Shown: in pieces, positions 1 to 10,495 of the stretch
Numbering within the stretch: the first letter of the stretch is position 1
Layout: every line of letters starts with the position of its first letter
Assembly: GCA_965200355.1 (NCBI GenBank)
Contig: OZ241351.1
Span: 44,896 to 108,895 of the forward strand
Reading direction: 5' to 3'
Origin: an uncultured Candidatus Binatia bacterium
Lineage (GTDB): Bacteria; Desulfobacterota; Binatia; Bin18
DNA: 64,000 nucleotides
Position numbers and translations under genes: made by a program
Notes under the pieces: model-generated
What the model saw: the letters and a program-made list of their open reading frames with translations, nothing else
What the model was told of the DNA's origin: nothing
The model's database searches: none

Positions 1-1
1 C

Positions 2-496
2 ACCAACCACTTTGCCGCACGGATGGCTTTTGAGCTGGGCCGAGAAGAGGTGCCGCAGTTCAGCGACACGGCGCGGCGTGTGCTGGATAATTATCCCTGG
101 CCGGGCAATGTCCGGGAATTGAAAAATGTGGTGGAGCGCGCCGTCTATCGGGCCGAGACGGGCCTGATTCGTGAGACCGCCATCGTCCTGGACCCGTTTC
201 AGACACCGTTTCAGCCGGCTCCCCCAAAGTCAGGGGAAAGAGAGGAGCCCACCGCCTTCCCTCGGACCGTAACGGATGACAGCGCTACGCACCCGTCTTT
301 TACCCAAGCGGTCCAGGAGTTCGAGTGCCGGCTGCTGGCAAGCGGGCTGCGCGCGACGCACTATAATCAAAAGAAGACCGCTGAGCGACTGGGCCTCACC
401 TACCATCAGTTTCGCGGCTTATACCGGAAGTATGCGGACCGCTTACAATCGCTGGAACTGACCGGCCCTCCAGCAAATCAGCCTCAACCGCCCTAG
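2..496 (+). CDS. pspF: Sigma-54 dependent activator, PspF-like (C-terminal part, truncated by window edge)
   Basis: YPWPGNVRELKNVVERA AAA+ motif; C-terminal HTH YNQKKTAERLGLTYHQFRGLYRKY typical of PspF. Confidence 0.8.
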   Translation, partial: TNHFAARMAFELGREEVPQFSDTARRVLDNYPWPGNVRELKNVVERAVYRAETGLIRETAIVLDPFQTPFQPAPPKSGEREEPTAFPRTVTDDSATHPSFTQAVQEFECRLLASGLRATHYNQKKTAERLGLTYHQFRGLYRKYADRLQSLELTGPPANQPQPP

Positions 497-951
497 GCGT
501 AAAAGCGATACACGCCCTCGGCTACACAGGCCGGCTTGCTGCTGTCTTCCACCTCAAACGTCAGGCCGACCGTGACTTGCAGGCCGCCGGTCACGTCTTC
601 CGCATTATTCAGCGCGGCGCGCGCCCGCACCTTTCTGCCAACCGGGACCGGGGACGGAAAACGGAGTTTATTCAGCCCGTAGTTCACGCCCATTTTAATG
701 CCCTGCACTGCCCAAATCTGGTCCATGAAATACGGCGCTAAAGAAAGCGTATAATACCCGTGGGCCACCGGACCGCCAAAGGGCGACTCCTTTTTGGCGC
801 GCTCGACGTCGAGGTGAATCCACTGATGGTCGTGGGTACACTCGGCAAAGGCGTTAATTTCTTCCTGAGTGACCAGATGCCAATCCGAAACACCGAGTTC
901 TTGACCAACCAGCGATTTGACATCGTGATAGTCTATTTTTCGGGCTGTCAT
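493..951 (-). CDS. MaoC family dehydratase
   Basis: FAECTHDHQWIHLD..SPFGGPVAHG hydratase motif, NYGLNKLRFPSPV; ATG at 951 with AAGGAG upstream. Confidence 0.9.
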   Translation of the reverse strand: MTARKIDYHDVKSLVGQELGVSDWHLVTQEEINAFAECTHDHQWIHLDVERAKKESPFGGPVAHGYYTLSLAPYFMDQIWAVQGIKMGVNYGLNKLRFPSPVPVGRKVRARAALNNAEDVTGGLQVTVGLTFEVEDSSKPACVAEGVYRFYA

Positions 952-1054
952 ATCTGACTCCTTTCCATGCGTAGCGGGGGTGCAATCGCGTTCTTTCCCT
1001 ATGGTCTTGGAGGGCGTGTTGTCAAGGGGAAGAGCGGCCTGTAGGCTTCCCATA

Positions 1055-1252
1055 ATGCCACCAGACGCGCCCCCAGAGGCCGGCCTGTGCACCTCCTGCC
1101 AGTACATTCGTGAGATTGTGAGCGGCAAGGGCTCCCGTTTCTATTATTGCGGACGGTCTGTCACTGACCCACGCTATCCCAAGTATCCGCGCCTGCCGGT
1201 CCGGGAGTGCGCCGGCTATCGCGCCTCTCCGCCCCAGGACGCAGAACCCTAA
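1055..1252 (+). CDS. Small Cys-rich hypothetical protein (possible Zn-binding)
   Basis: GLCTSC..FYYC..DPRYPKYPRLPVREC; four Cys, fills the gap between two genes. Confidence 0.6.
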   Translation: MPPDAPPEAGLCTSCQYIREIVSGKGSRFYYCGRSVTDPRYPKYPRLPVRECAGYRASPPQDAEP

Positions 1253-1280
1253 GAGAGCATTGCGGCCTTATATTGCGGGG

Positions 1281-2450
1281 CTAACGATGCAGCAGCATCG
1301 CGGTCGTGGGCACGCCGTTGCCCGAAGACACAAAGGCCACCTCGGCGTCCGGGACTTGGTTGATCGCCTGCCCGCGTAATTGACGCACCGCTTCCACCAC
1401 ATTTTCCATGCCGTGGATATAGCCTTCGGACAGGTTGCCGCCACTCGTGTTGAGCGGCAGCGCGCCATGCGGCCATACCAGCTTGCCGTCAGAGACAAAG
1501 GCTCCGCCTTCGCCGCGTTTGCAGAAGCCGAGTTCCTCAATCGCCATGAGGACCAGCGGGGTGAAATGGTCGTAAACAAAACACACGTCCACATCGCTGT
1601 GCGCTATCCCCGCCCGGCCAAACAGGGCTTTGCCGGTCACGGTCGATTCTGTTTCCGCTTTCTCCACGTTTTTCACCACCCGCTGGGCGTTCCACTCACC
1701 GGCCCCGAAGGCTCCGCCCATGATATAGGCCGGCTTGTGCGCGCAGTTTTTTGCCCGCTCAACCGAAGTAATCACCACCGCGGCCCCGCCGTCGGTTTCC
1801 AGGCAGCAGTCCAGCAGATGGAGGGGGTCGGCAATGATACGCGAGCTTTGATGGTCCTCAATGCTGATGGGCCGGCCCCGCATGACCGCGTTGGGGTTAG
1901 TCTGGGCGTGCGTTCGGCAGGCGACCGAAATGGCCCCAAAGTCTTCGCTTCTAGTCCCGTATAAGTGCATGTGACGGCGGGCGGCCAGGGCTACCATCTG
2001 AGCCGGGCTGAAAAGCCCGTAGGGTTCGAGGTAGGCCCCCACGCCGGACGCCCCTTTACGGACCGCGGCCCGCCCAAAACGCGGCGTCCCACGCCCCGAG
2101 CGTTCGTTCATAGCCCGGAAAGCGACGACATAATTGGCCATACCGGTGGCCACCGCCATGGCTCCAAGCAGAATCGAGCCGACCGGTCCGCCCCCGCCCC
2201 CGTAGGGCGCTTCTGCGTAAAAACGCAACGCCGGGATACCCAGGTTGGCCGCAATATCGACCGGGTCGTTATTATCCATAGAGAACTTGGCGATGCCGTC
2301 AATATCGCTCGGCGTGAGTCCAGCGTCGGCAATCGCGTGACGAATGGCTTCAACCGCCAGGCTCATTTCGCTGCGACCTGAGTCTTTTGAGTACTCGGTG
2401 TGACCAATGCCAACGATGGCGGTCTTATCTTTCAGGGTTTCCGTTTCCAT
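1281..2450 (-). CDS. Thiolase-like lipid-transfer protein (SCP-x type)
   Basis: AIVGIGHTEYSKDSG, LLDCCLETDGGAA, YDHFT, NTSGGNLSEGYIHG; GGAGG before ATG 2450. Confidence 0.9.
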   Translation of the reverse strand: METETLKDKTAIVGIGHTEYSKDSGRSEMSLAVEAIRHAIADAGLTPSDIDGIAKFSMDNNDPVDIAANLGIPALRFYAEAPYGGGGGPVGSILLGAMAVATGMANYVVAFRAMNERSGRGTPRFGRAAVRKGASGVGAYLEPYGLFSPAQMVALAARRHMHLYGTRSEDFGAISVACRTHAQTNPNAVMRGRPISIEDHQSSRIIADPLHLLDCCLETDGGAAVVITSVERAKNCAHKPAYIMGGAFGAGEWNAQRVVKNVEKAETESTVTGKALFGRAGIAHSDVDVCFVYDHFTPLVLMAIEELGFCKRGEGGAFVSDGKLVWPHGALPLNTSGGNLSEGYIHGMENVVEAVRQLRGQAINQVPDAEVAFVSSGNGVPTTAMLLHR

Positions 2451-2626
2451 ACCGACCTCCCGGAGCCGAATTGAAGCCGGAATTAGAGCATAGCTCGGCC
2501 AGATTTGCCACAGCCGTCCCCGGTGAACGGCTCCACTGAATAGTGTAGGGTAGAGGCGCTGTGAGAAATAATGAACGGGAACCCGAGAGCGCAGACGCCA
2601 CGGCCATACAAACGGAATATGAGAAT

Positions 2627-3871
2627 ATGGTAACGCCAGCGCGGGCTTCAGACGCGGTGCGCCCCAGGCCGGAGCCGGCGCGGGCCGCAACCGACCGGCG
2701 GTCAGAATTTGAGCATGACCGCGCCCGCATTGTTCACTCGGCCGCGTTTCGGCGCTTGCAGGGCAAGACCCAGGTCTTCGGCATTTATGAGGGCGATTTT
2801 TTTCGGACCCGCCTCACCCACTCGCTTGAGGTCGCCCAAATTGCCAAGGGCATTGCCCTGGCTCTCGGGGCTGACCCGGATTTGGTCGAGGCCGTCTGCC
2901 TGGCCCACGACCTGGGCCACCCGCCCTTTGGCCACAATGGCGAGCGGACGCTACACGCTCTCATGCGGGCGCATGGCGGCTTTGAGGGCAACGCCCAGAC
3001 CCTCCGCATTGTGACCCGTCTTGAACATAAGCACGCCGACTATGCCGGGCTGAACCTGACCTATCACACCCTGGACGGTACGCTCAAATACAAAACCTGC
3101 ATTGACGCAGCCGCCATAGCTCAGGCCCCCCAGGGCGTGGTCAAAGGCTTTTACGCTGAAGACCGCACCCTTGTCGAGACCATCATTCGTCAGACTGGCA
3201 GCGGGCCGCAGCGCAGCCTGGAGTGCCAAATTATGGACGTGGCGGACGATATCGCCTATTCCGTGCACGACCTGGAGGACAGCCTCAAAGCCGGCCTACT
3301 CTCCCCGGCCGACCTGCGGCGGCGTCCGCCGGCGCGGGTGGTGCGCGATGTCAATACAAGGCTGACCGCTTGGGGTCAGACCGTCACGGAAAGCACGCTC
3401 CACAGCGAATTGGCCCAGATTGCCAACCGACTCGAACAGCTTGAACAGCACTCTCTTCGGGCCGGCAGAAAAATGCTGACGCGCGACCTGATTCATGAAT
3501 TTGTCAGCCCGGTTGCCTGTCAATCCCACGGTCTGATTGATACCGACTTTCCCAACCGGGTCCGCATCGAAGCTCTCAAGGCGTTTGAGTCGTACAAGGT
3601 CATCAATAATCCGCGCGTGACCACCCTCAGCCATAAGGGCAAAGAAGTCCTGCGTCGTCTGTTTGCCGTCCTGGACCAGGGCCAGGAGTCCATCGGCCTC
3701 TTCCCCGAAGACCACGGCGAGCACTACGAAAACGCGCTGCTCAGCGGCAACGAGGCCGCCCGCAAGCGGGTCATCTGCGACTTTCTGGCCGGCATGACCG
3801 ATTCCTACGCCCTGCGGTTTTACAGCCGCCTGTTCGTGCCGGGCGAGGGCAGCTTTTATGAGATGCTGTGA
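2627..3871 (+). CDS. dgt: dNTP triphosphohydrolase (dGTPase, HD family)
   Basis: FRRLQGKTQVF, RTRLTHSLEV, LAHDLGHPPFGH, ADDIAYSVHDLED, DFLAGMTD. Confidence 0.92.
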   Translation: MVTPARASDAVRPRPEPARAATDRRSEFEHDRARIVHSAAFRRLQGKTQVFGIYEGDFFRTRLTHSLEVAQIAKGIALALGADPDLVEAVCLAHDLGHPPFGHNGERTLHALMRAHGGFEGNAQTLRIVTRLEHKHADYAGLNLTYHTLDGTLKYKTCIDAAAIAQAPQGVVKGFYAEDRTLVETIIRQTGSGPQRSLECQIMDVADDIAYSVHDLEDSLKAGLLSPADLRRRPPARVVRDVNTRLTAWGQTVTESTLHSELAQIANRLEQLEQHSLRAGRKMLTRDLIHEFVSPVACQSHGLIDTDFPNRVRIEALKAFESYKVINNPRVTTLSHKGKEVLRRLFAVLDQGQESIGLFPEDHGEHYENALLSGNEAARKRVICDFLAGMTDSYALRFYSRLFVPGEGSFYEML

Positions 3872-3928
3872 TGAAAGCCGGCCAAGCCCCCTGTGCCACC
3901 GGGGGTGGCCCCGACAACAACATGGACT

Positions 3929-4141
3929 GTAGGGGAGGCCCCTGTGCCTGCCCGGCCCCGTCACGTCCAGGGGAGAGGGAGCGAATCTAGGCCGGCGGCC
4001 CCTCTTCCCCCGTTCGCTCTGAGCGTCCTTCGACTTCGCTGACGCTACGCTCAGGACGAACGGCCGGGAGACTGCGGACAAGGGCCGCTATCTCCCCCTC
4101 ACCCCAACCCTCTCCCTCCAGGGGAGAGGGAGCGAATCTAG
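3929..4141. repeat. Composite REP-like cluster between convergent dgt and cysE
   Basis: GTAG-REP at 3929-3953; 25-bp direct repeat TCCAGGGGAGAGGGAGCGAATCTAG at 3966-3990 and 4117-4141; CCGTTCG..CTGAGCGT/ACGCTCAG..CGAACGG hairpin at about 4010-4063; CCCTCACCCCAACCCTCTCCC-TCCAG-GGGAGAGGG at 4096-4130. Confidence 0.8.
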
Positions 4142-4173
4142 CTCCCCTGCCGCCGCAGTGACGCATTCCCGCT

Positions 4174-5007
4174 TCAGATGCCCCTTCGGGAGTCCTCTTC
4201 TCCGGTCGGCAGGTGGTGGTCCATCTCGAACGCCGGCTGCTGGAGTTTGGCGCAGCGGCCTACCAGCTTGGCCGGCACGCCGGCGACGGTGCAGCCCGAC
4301 GGGACATTGCTGAGCACCACACTCCCCGCCCCCACCTTGGCGTTGGCCCCCACCTCGACATTGCCCAGAATTTTGGCTCCGGCACTGATTAACACCCCGG
4401 TCCGAATTTTGGGGTGCCGGTCGCCGGTCTCCTTTCCGGTGCCTCCCAGGGTCACTTCCTGGAGCATGGACACATTGTTCTCAACCACGGCCGTCTCTCC
4501 AATAACGAGACTGCTGCCGTGGTCAATAAAAATCCCCGCGCCAATCCGGGCGGCCGGGTGGATATCCACGCTGAAGACTTCCGAAATCCGATTCTGCAAG
4601 CAAAAGGACAAGGTCTTACGGTTCTGCTGCCAGAGCCAGTGCGAGACGCGATAGGCTTCGAGCGCGTGCAAGCCCTTATAGTACAGCAAGGAGGCCGAAT
4701 AGAACGCACAGGCCGGGTCGCGGTCGTGCACCGCACAGATGTCGGCCCGCACCGCCCGGCCCATCTGCCGGTCATCAACCAGCGCTTCCATAATAATATC
4801 ACGCAAGGTCATGGACGGCAGGTTGAGATTCGTCAGCTTCCCAGCCAAAAGATAGCTCAACGCTTCTTCCAGTGAGGAGTGGTTGAGAATAATCGAGTGT
4901 AAAAAGCTCGCCAGCACCGGCTCGCGGTCGGCTTCTAATGCGGCTTCGTCTCGAATGGCTTGCCAGACCCAGTCGTCAGATGTGTGGGGTTGCTTGACGG
5001 CGCGCAT
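4174..5007 (-). CDS. cysE: Serine O-acetyltransferase
   Basis: DRDPAC, YKGLHALEAYRVSH, VDIHPAARIG, TLGGTGKETGDRHPK; AGGAGG RBS. Confidence 0.95.
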   Translation of the reverse strand: MRAVKQPHTSDDWVWQAIRDEAALEADREPVLASFLHSIILNHSSLEEALSYLLAGKLTNLNLPSMTLRDIIMEALVDDRQMGRAVRADICAVHDRDPACAFYSASLLYYKGLHALEAYRVSHWLWQQNRKTLSFCLQNRISEVFSVDIHPAARIGAGIFIDHGSSLVIGETAVVENNVSMLQEVTLGGTGKETGDRHPKIRTGVLISAGAKILGNVEVGANAKVGAGSVVLSNVPSGCTVAGVPAKLVGRCAKLQQPAFEMDHHLPTGEEDSRRGI

Positions 5008-5126
5008 ACCGGTCCTCCTGAGCAAACTTTCTGGTATAATCGGGCGTGCTCCTCGCCCCAGGCTTTTCCTCTATACGGAACAGGGAGGAAGAACAATATA
5101 ACAGGGCGGGAGATGGGACAGGCTGC

Positions 5127-5678
5127 ATGAAACGTGTGTGTGTTTTTACGGGGTCCTACCTGGGTGCCCACCCGGAATATCTCTCAGCCGCCCAAACGCT
5201 CGGCAGGGAACTGGCCGCCCGGGGTCTTGAACTGGTCTACGGTGGCGCGCATATCGGGCTCATGGGCGCGCTGGCGGACACCGTCCTGGCGGAGAACGGG
5301 CGGGTGGTCGGCGTCATTCCCGACACGCTGGTCGACCGGGAGGTGGCCCACCACGGTCTTTCGGAACTCCACGTGGTCGGCTCCATGCACGAGCGCAAGG
5401 CGAAGATGGCCGCCCTCGCCGACGGCGTGGTCGCCCTCCCCGGTGGTATTGGCACGCTTGAAGAATTGTTTGAAGCCCTCACTTGGCGGGCGCTGAACAT
5501 CCATACCAAGCCCTGTGGCCTGCTGAATGTCAATCATTACTACGACCTTCTGCTTCAGTTCTTGCAGCACACCGTCAATGAGCAGTTTCTGAAAGCGCAG
5601 TATCACACTCTGCTGCTGGTTGAAGAACACCCCGGCAAGCTCCTTGATCGCTTGGCACAACAAGAGGGCTCAGCATGA
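5127..5678 (+). CDS. LOG family nucleotide phosphoribohydrolase (TIGR00730)
   Basis: LVYGGAHIGLMG, SMHERK, PGGIGTLEE motif. Confidence 0.92.
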   Translation: MKRVCVFTGSYLGAHPEYLSAAQTLGRELAARGLELVYGGAHIGLMGALADTVLAENGRVVGVIPDTLVDREVAHHGLSELHVVGSMHERKAKMAALADGVVALPGGIGTLEELFEALTWRALNIHTKPCGLLNVNHYYDLLLQFLQHTVNEQFLKAQYHTLLLVEEHPGKLLDRLAQQEGSA

Positions 5679-5762
5679 CGCAGACAGCCATCAGTCTCAT
5701 GCTCGTTGGGTCTCGCGCATTGCCGAGGCCCTGAAGCGCCCCGAACGACCCCTGGATTGGCT

Positions 5763-6266
5763 ATGGATACTCCGCCGCCGGACTACTACTACCGCCACTT
5801 TCCTTCCCAGGTCCTGCCGGCCCGGACGCCGTTTACCCGCGTCGGGCGAGGGGATGCCGGCCTGTTGTTTATCTATGTCTCCAACCGCCGCCAACGCTGG
5901 AGCGTCTTACTCGACAAGGAACGGGTGGAGTACATCTATCCAGAAGCCCGCAAGCAGATTCCGCCCGGCTTCGCCCATGTCTGGTTGTTGGAAAAATGCT
6001 ATAGTACGCGCCCCGCGGGCTTCCACACTCGCACGAAACATCCTCCGCCCCACCAGCCGGCTCACGGCGACCGGACCCCGGTCACCGGATTAGGCGAGTC
6101 GTTTATTCTCTTAGCCGAGCCGTCTCCCGCGCCGGGCGTACAGGGTGACGTTCTGTCCTACCACTTGCAGGAAGGGGCGGCGATTGAAGCGGCTGAAGCC
6201 TATACCAAGCGCTCCCATCGGCGCGCCGTCGTGGGGCTGCTGGTCTGGGATGATTATTGGTTCTAA
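5763..6266 (+). CDS. Hypothetical protein (5' end uncertain)
   Basis: Open frame with coding-like GC-ending codons filling the gap; no recognised motif. Confidence 0.5.
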   Translation: MDTPPPDYYYRHFPSQVLPARTPFTRVGRGDAGLLFIYVSNRRQRWSVLLDKERVEYIYPEARKQIPPGFAHVWLLEKCYSTRPAGFHTRTKHPPPHQPAHGDRTPVTGLGESFILLAEPSPAPGVQGDVLSYHLQEGAAIEAAEAYTKRSHRRAVVGLLVWDDYWF

Positions 6267-6276
6267 ATCTCACCCC

Positions 6277-7161
6277 TCACAACCAGCCCGATTTACGGCG
6301 GCTGGGCGGTTCCAGGCCGGTCAGGCAGACCCGGACCGCACTCCAGACCGCCTGGAACGCGGTCTGCAAAGCAACCGCGTCAGCGGCAAGCACCCGCATC
6401 CAGACGCCCATATTGTCAGGCAGGATGGACGCGCCGGCATAGATGTCGGGCAGCGGCTCGAACGCCGTTCGGACAATGCGCACCAACTCCTCGGGAGCGT
6501 GGTCCGACACCACCCAGAACGTCCCCTGCGTCTGATAGTGGCGCAGGGCCGCGGGCAGACTCGCCACAAAATCGGGCCCGGTCATCTCGAAGCGGTCCAC
6601 ACACCGACGCTGCCCGTCTGGCCGCTGGAATATGGTTTCGCTGAACAGCGAGCCAAACGGACGGGCCAAGGCGTCTGGGTCGTGCAGTCCAAAGGCATCC
6701 CCGCTCAGGGCGGTTGCCCCCTCTTCAACCGCGATATGGACACAGGAGCGGAAATGCGCCTGGGGAAATAATGTGAGCGGGTCGGGCAGATATTCGACAA
6801 AGCTACCCCTGCCAGCCCGGATGCAAACCTGCTGCGTTGCGACGCTGCTCGCCGGCATCGTATGGACAACGGTTGCCCCTTGGGTGGTCAGATGCACCCC
6901 CGCCCCGTCCTCCACCGAAAAATCAAGCCCGAGTCGCTCCCCGGCATACACGCCGCCAGAGATGGACTGGAGCATCAGCGTCAGCATCCCGGGCGGAACC
7001 CGGTCAAGGCAGAACGGCCGGGTGAGGGTGAAGGGATAGGTCGTGCGTTGCTGGGCGATAAAGGTCTGGCCGGCAGGGGCGCGTCTAAAGGTCAGCGCAA
7101 CCTGGGGAGACATGACGGACCCTGGCTCGACTGCGCGCCGCGGGAAAGCTGCCTGGCTCAT
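6277..7161 (-). CDS. ureD: Urease accessory protein UreD
   Basis: SISGGVYAGERL, LTTQGATVVH, VEYLPDP; directly downstream of ureC. Confidence 0.88.
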   Translation of the reverse strand: MSQAAFPRRAVEPGSVMSPQVALTFRRAPAGQTFIAQQRTTYPFTLTRPFCLDRVPPGMLTLMLQSISGGVYAGERLGLDFSVEDGAGVHLTTQGATVVHTMPASSVATQQVCIRAGRGSFVEYLPDPLTLFPQAHFRSCVHIAVEEGATALSGDAFGLHDPDALARPFGSLFSETIFQRPDGQRRCVDRFEMTGPDFVASLPAALRHYQTQGTFWVVSDHAPEELVRIVRTAFEPLPDIYAGASILPDNMGVWMRVLAADAVALQTAFQAVWSAVRVCLTGLEPPSRRKSGWL

Positions 7162-7194
7162 GGCGTGGGACGGAAGCGACGCTACGCAGGACGG

Positions 7195-8904
7195 TCAGCG
7201 TAAAAAATACTTTCTGGCCAGCGGGACTTCTTCCACGGGCTCGCACGTCAGCAGATCGCCATCGGCGTACACCTCATGCGTATGCGGATTGACCGTAATA
7301 TCCGGGCAGGCGTCATTATGCAGCATATCCCCCTTTCCCACCGTGCGCGTATTCCGAATCGGCAACATGGGTTTGTGGAGGTCGAGCTTGCGCGGAATAT
7401 CGGCCTCAAGCGCCAGGGAACTGGCGAAGACCGCACTCAGGGCAGACGGCGCGCTGCCCACCGCTCCCCACATGGGACGCTGGACAAGCGGCTCGACCGG
7501 GAAGATGCAGCCACTCGCGTCTCCCATGATAGACCAGGCCATAAAGCCGCCCTTGAGCACCATCAACGGTTTGGCCCCAAAAAATGCCGCTCCCCACAGC
7601 ACCAGATCGGCCATTTTGCCGGCTTCCAGCGAGCCAACGTAGTGGTCAATGCCCAGCGCGCGGGCCGGGTTGATGGTGTATTTGGCAATATAGCGTTTGA
7701 TCCGCTCATTATCGGCGCGGGCCGTTTTTTCCGTGAGAAGCCGGCCGCGCTGGTCTTTCATCTTACTCGCCAGCCGCCAGCAATTCGTAATGGTCTCATG
7801 CACCCGTCCCATGCCCTGCGTATCCGCGGCAAACATCGAGATCGCGCCCAGGTCGTGCAAGATATCTTCTGCGGCCATGGTCTGCGGCCGGATGCGGCTT
7901 TCGGCAAAGGCGACATCTTCCGGCAAGCGCCAGTTCAGCATATGGGCGTCCATGGTCATGGGCAGGGCTTCGTCGAGCGCGTTGCGCGAGTAGGGATTGG
8001 TCGGGTTGGTGGAAGACGGCAGACAGTTGGGCACGCCGGCAACGCGGATGAGGTCGGGCGCGTGGCCCCCACCAGCCCCCTCAACATGATACATATGAAT
8101 CGTCCGACCGGCGACCGCGGCCAGCGTGTCCTCACAATAGCCGGCCTCGTTGATGGTGTCGGTGTGGAGTTGAACCTGAAAATCGTATTGGTCCGCCACC
8201 GTGAGCGCGCAGTCTATGGTGGCCGGCATGGCCCCGAAGTCTTCGTGGACCTTCACGCCAATCGCCCCGCCGGCCACGCTCTCCTCAATTGCGGCTCCGA
8301 CGTGCGAGTTGCCCCGCCCCAGAAAACCGAAGTTTAAGGGATAGTGCTCGCAGGCCCTGAGCATCTTCGCCAGATTATTCGGCCCGGCACAGCTAATATC
8401 AAAATGCGGCCCCATGGTTCCGCCAATGATCGTCGTTATGCCGCTGGCCAGCGCATGTTCACACTGCTGCGGACACAGGAAGTGGGCGTGCGCCTCCACG
8501 CCCCCGGGGGTAATGAGCAGACCATCGCCGTGGACGATGGTCGTACACGGGCCGCAGACCAACTCGGGCTGGACCCCAGCTTGGATAGCCGGATTGCCGG
8601 CTTTGCCCACCCCAACAATCTTGCCGTCTTTAATGCCGATATCACCCTTCACAATGCCCAGCACCGGGTCGATGATCGTGGCGTTCTGGACGACCATGTC
8701 CAGCCCGCCCGCGGCCGCGGTCGTGGGAGCGTGAAAGCCCAGCCCGTCGCGCATCACCTTGCCGGCCCCTGTCATGCACTCGTCCCCATAGACCGCATAG
8801 TCGTGCTCAACCTCGGCCAGCAGGGAAGTATCGCCCAGCCGCACCATATCGCCTGTTGTTGGCCCATACGTGGCCGCATAGGCTGCCCGCGTCAGTCTGG
8901 CCAT
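7195..8904 (-). CDS. ureC: Urease alpha (catalytic) subunit, divergent
   Basis: [62 protein letters not shown]. Confidence 0.92.
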   Translation of the reverse strand: MARLTRAAYAATYGPTTGDMVRLGDTSLLAEVEHDYAVYGDECMTGAGKVMRDGLGFHAPTTAAAGGLDMVVQNATIIDPVLGIVKGDIGIKDGKIVGVGKAGNPAIQAGVQPELVCGPCTTIVHGDGLLITPGGVEAHAHFLCPQQCEHALASGITTIIGGTMGPHFDISCAGPNNLAKMLRACEHYPLNFGFLGRGNSHVGAAIEESVAGGAIGVKVHEDFGAMPATIDCALTVADQYDFQVQLHTDTINEAGYCEDTLAAVAGRTIHMYHVEGAGGGHAPDLIRVAGVPNCLPSSTNPTNPYSRNALDEALPMTMDAHMLNWRLPEDVAFAESRIRPQTMAAEDILHDLGAISMFAADTQGMGRVHETITNCWRLASKMKDQRGRLLTEKTARADNERIKRYIAKYTINPARALGIDHYVGSLEAGKMADLVLWGAAFFGAKPLMVLKGGFMAWSIMGDASGCIFPVEPLVQRPMWGAVGSAPSALSAVFASSLALEADIPRKLDLHKPMLPIRNTRTVGKGDMLHNDACPDITVNPHTHEVYADGDLLTCEPVEEVPLARKYFLR

Positions 8905-8912
8905 ATTCCCTC

Positions 8913-9617
8913 CTATGCGCCCTTAAAGCCGCGTTCCTTGGCCCGTTGGAGGGCGGCCCGCTTGACCGCTGCGGAATGAATAGAGCCGTTGGTAAGATTA
9001 TTGAGCCCGGTGACTTCGCCGCTGCCGCCCAGGGCGACTAACGGCACCGCTTTCTTCACCCCCGGCTCAAAACGCACCGACGCGCCGGCCGGCACGTCCA
9101 GGCGCATACCGAACGCCTGCGCCCGCTCAAACTCCAGGGCCTTGTTGGCCTCAAAAAAATGGAAATGGCTGGTCACCTGAATGGCGCGGTCCCCAGTATT
9201 GACGACAGTCAGGGTCAGGGTTGGGCGACCTCCGTTGAGGTCAATCTCCTCGTCAGGCGTGATGAGCGCGCCGGGCCGCCCGTACGGCGAGGCCGGCACA
9301 GGTTCGGAGCCGGGCCGGATCGGATTATACACGGCAATGAGTTTGGTCCCATCCGGGAACAGCCCATCGACCAGCACCCGGGACACCAGCTCGGCAACGT
9401 TGGGGAGCACGTCATCGGTCGTCAGCAAGGTTGATCCCAGGCTGACCAGCTCGGCGACCGATTTCCCCTCGCGCGCACCCTCAAGCAACTCGTCCGTGAT
9501 ATAGGCGATGGCCTCGGCAGCGTTGAGCTTGAGCCCTTTGGCTTGATGCCGGCGTGCGAGTTCCGCCGCCATAAAGATGGTCAAGCGTTCGTTTTCGGTG
9601 GGAGTCAGGTTGAGCAT
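8913..9617 (-). CDS. ureA: Fused urease gamma/beta subunit
   Basis: [19 protein letters not shown] (gamma) joined to [24 protein letters not shown] (beta); AGGAGG RBS. Confidence 0.92.
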   Translation of the reverse strand: MLNLTPTENERLTIFMAAELARRHQAKGLKLNAAEAIAYITDELLEGAREGKSVAELVSLGSTLLTTDDVLPNVAELVSRVLVDGLFPDGTKLIAVYNPIRPGSEPVPASPYGRPGALITPDEEIDLNGGRPTLTLTVVNTGDRAIQVTSHFHFFEANKALEFERAQAFGMRLDVPAGASVRFEPGVKKAVPLVALGGSGEVTGLNNLTNGSIHSAAVKRAALQRAKERGFKGA

Positions 9618-9673
9618 GGGCGTTCCTCCTTGAGGGCGATTCCTGAACGCGGAGTCTGCGTCGGACACGCGGG

Positions 9674-10348
9674 TCAGTTCGCAAACAACCGCGTCGCCTG
9701 GGTCTCATGCCGCATCATGGCAACATCCGCGACGGGCGTAAAGCTGCTGAGCGACTTGGGCAGGGGCGTGGTAAGCAGCGCGGTCAGCGTGGGGCGTATC
9801 TGCCGCACAATCTCTTGGGCCTGGATATGACTGATACAGCCCAACCGGAGGGCCGCGCTCACCAACGCCATGCCGTGTAGATGGCCGGACAGCAGGCTGG
9901 CCGGCTCCACGTCTAACCCGACTCCCCGCCAGACCACCCCTTGCACAACAGGCAGATGCCCCCACGCCTGCCCGGCTGTGACCCGCTCCAGATAGTCGGC
10001 CGCCCGGGGCGTTTTGAGCCGGTCGTGCACGCGCAGCAGCGCCCGGCCGGCCCGCTGCGATACGACCCGCAGCTCACGCGCCAGCGAGATCGCTTCCAGT
10101 TCTGCATCAACCCTCGCCACTTTTTCCAGTGCGTTGGCCGCACGATATGCCCACACCAGGGCCGGCCGGTCGCAGCCCGCCCAGCGGTGGCGGAGCTGGC
10201 TCTGGACAAAATGCAGCAGCGTCTCCGCGTCATGGACATAGGTATCGGTACATAGCGTCTCCACGCCCCACGAAGCGGCAAAGCCACCACCGGGGAAAAA
10301 GCTGTCGCCGTGTTGCAGGGCGGTCAGCAGGCTGGTCGGGTCAGTCAT
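9674..10348 (-). CDS. ureF: Urease accessory protein UreF
   Basis: [28 protein letters not shown]-terminal [11 protein letters not shown]. Confidence 0.9.
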   Translation of the reverse strand: MTDPTSLLTALQHGDSFFPGGGFAASWGVETLCTDTYVHDAETLLHFVQSQLRHRWAGCDRPALVWAYRAANALEKVARVDAELEAISLARELRVVSQRAGRALLRVHDRLKTPRAADYLERVTAGQAWGHLPVVQGVVWRGVGLDVEPASLLSGHLHGMALVSAALRLGCISHIQAQEIVRQIRPTLTALLTTPLPKSLSSFTPVADVAMMRHETQATRLFAN

Positions 10349-10495
10349 GCGGATTGTTCTTAGCCGAGGCCGCCTCCGAATACAAACTCGCCTGGGGGCG
10401 ATTTTTTTGGTAAGTTAGTCTGTCTATGCAAGAGGCTCCGGTGTGATCTCCCTCACCGTTGCGCGTCATCTCTGCCCCGAGGAGCGCTCAGCGCT

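Noticed and set aside
2627-3871. Anti-phage dGTPase
   Set aside because: Host-like composition and housekeeping neighbours; looks like ordinary dgt.
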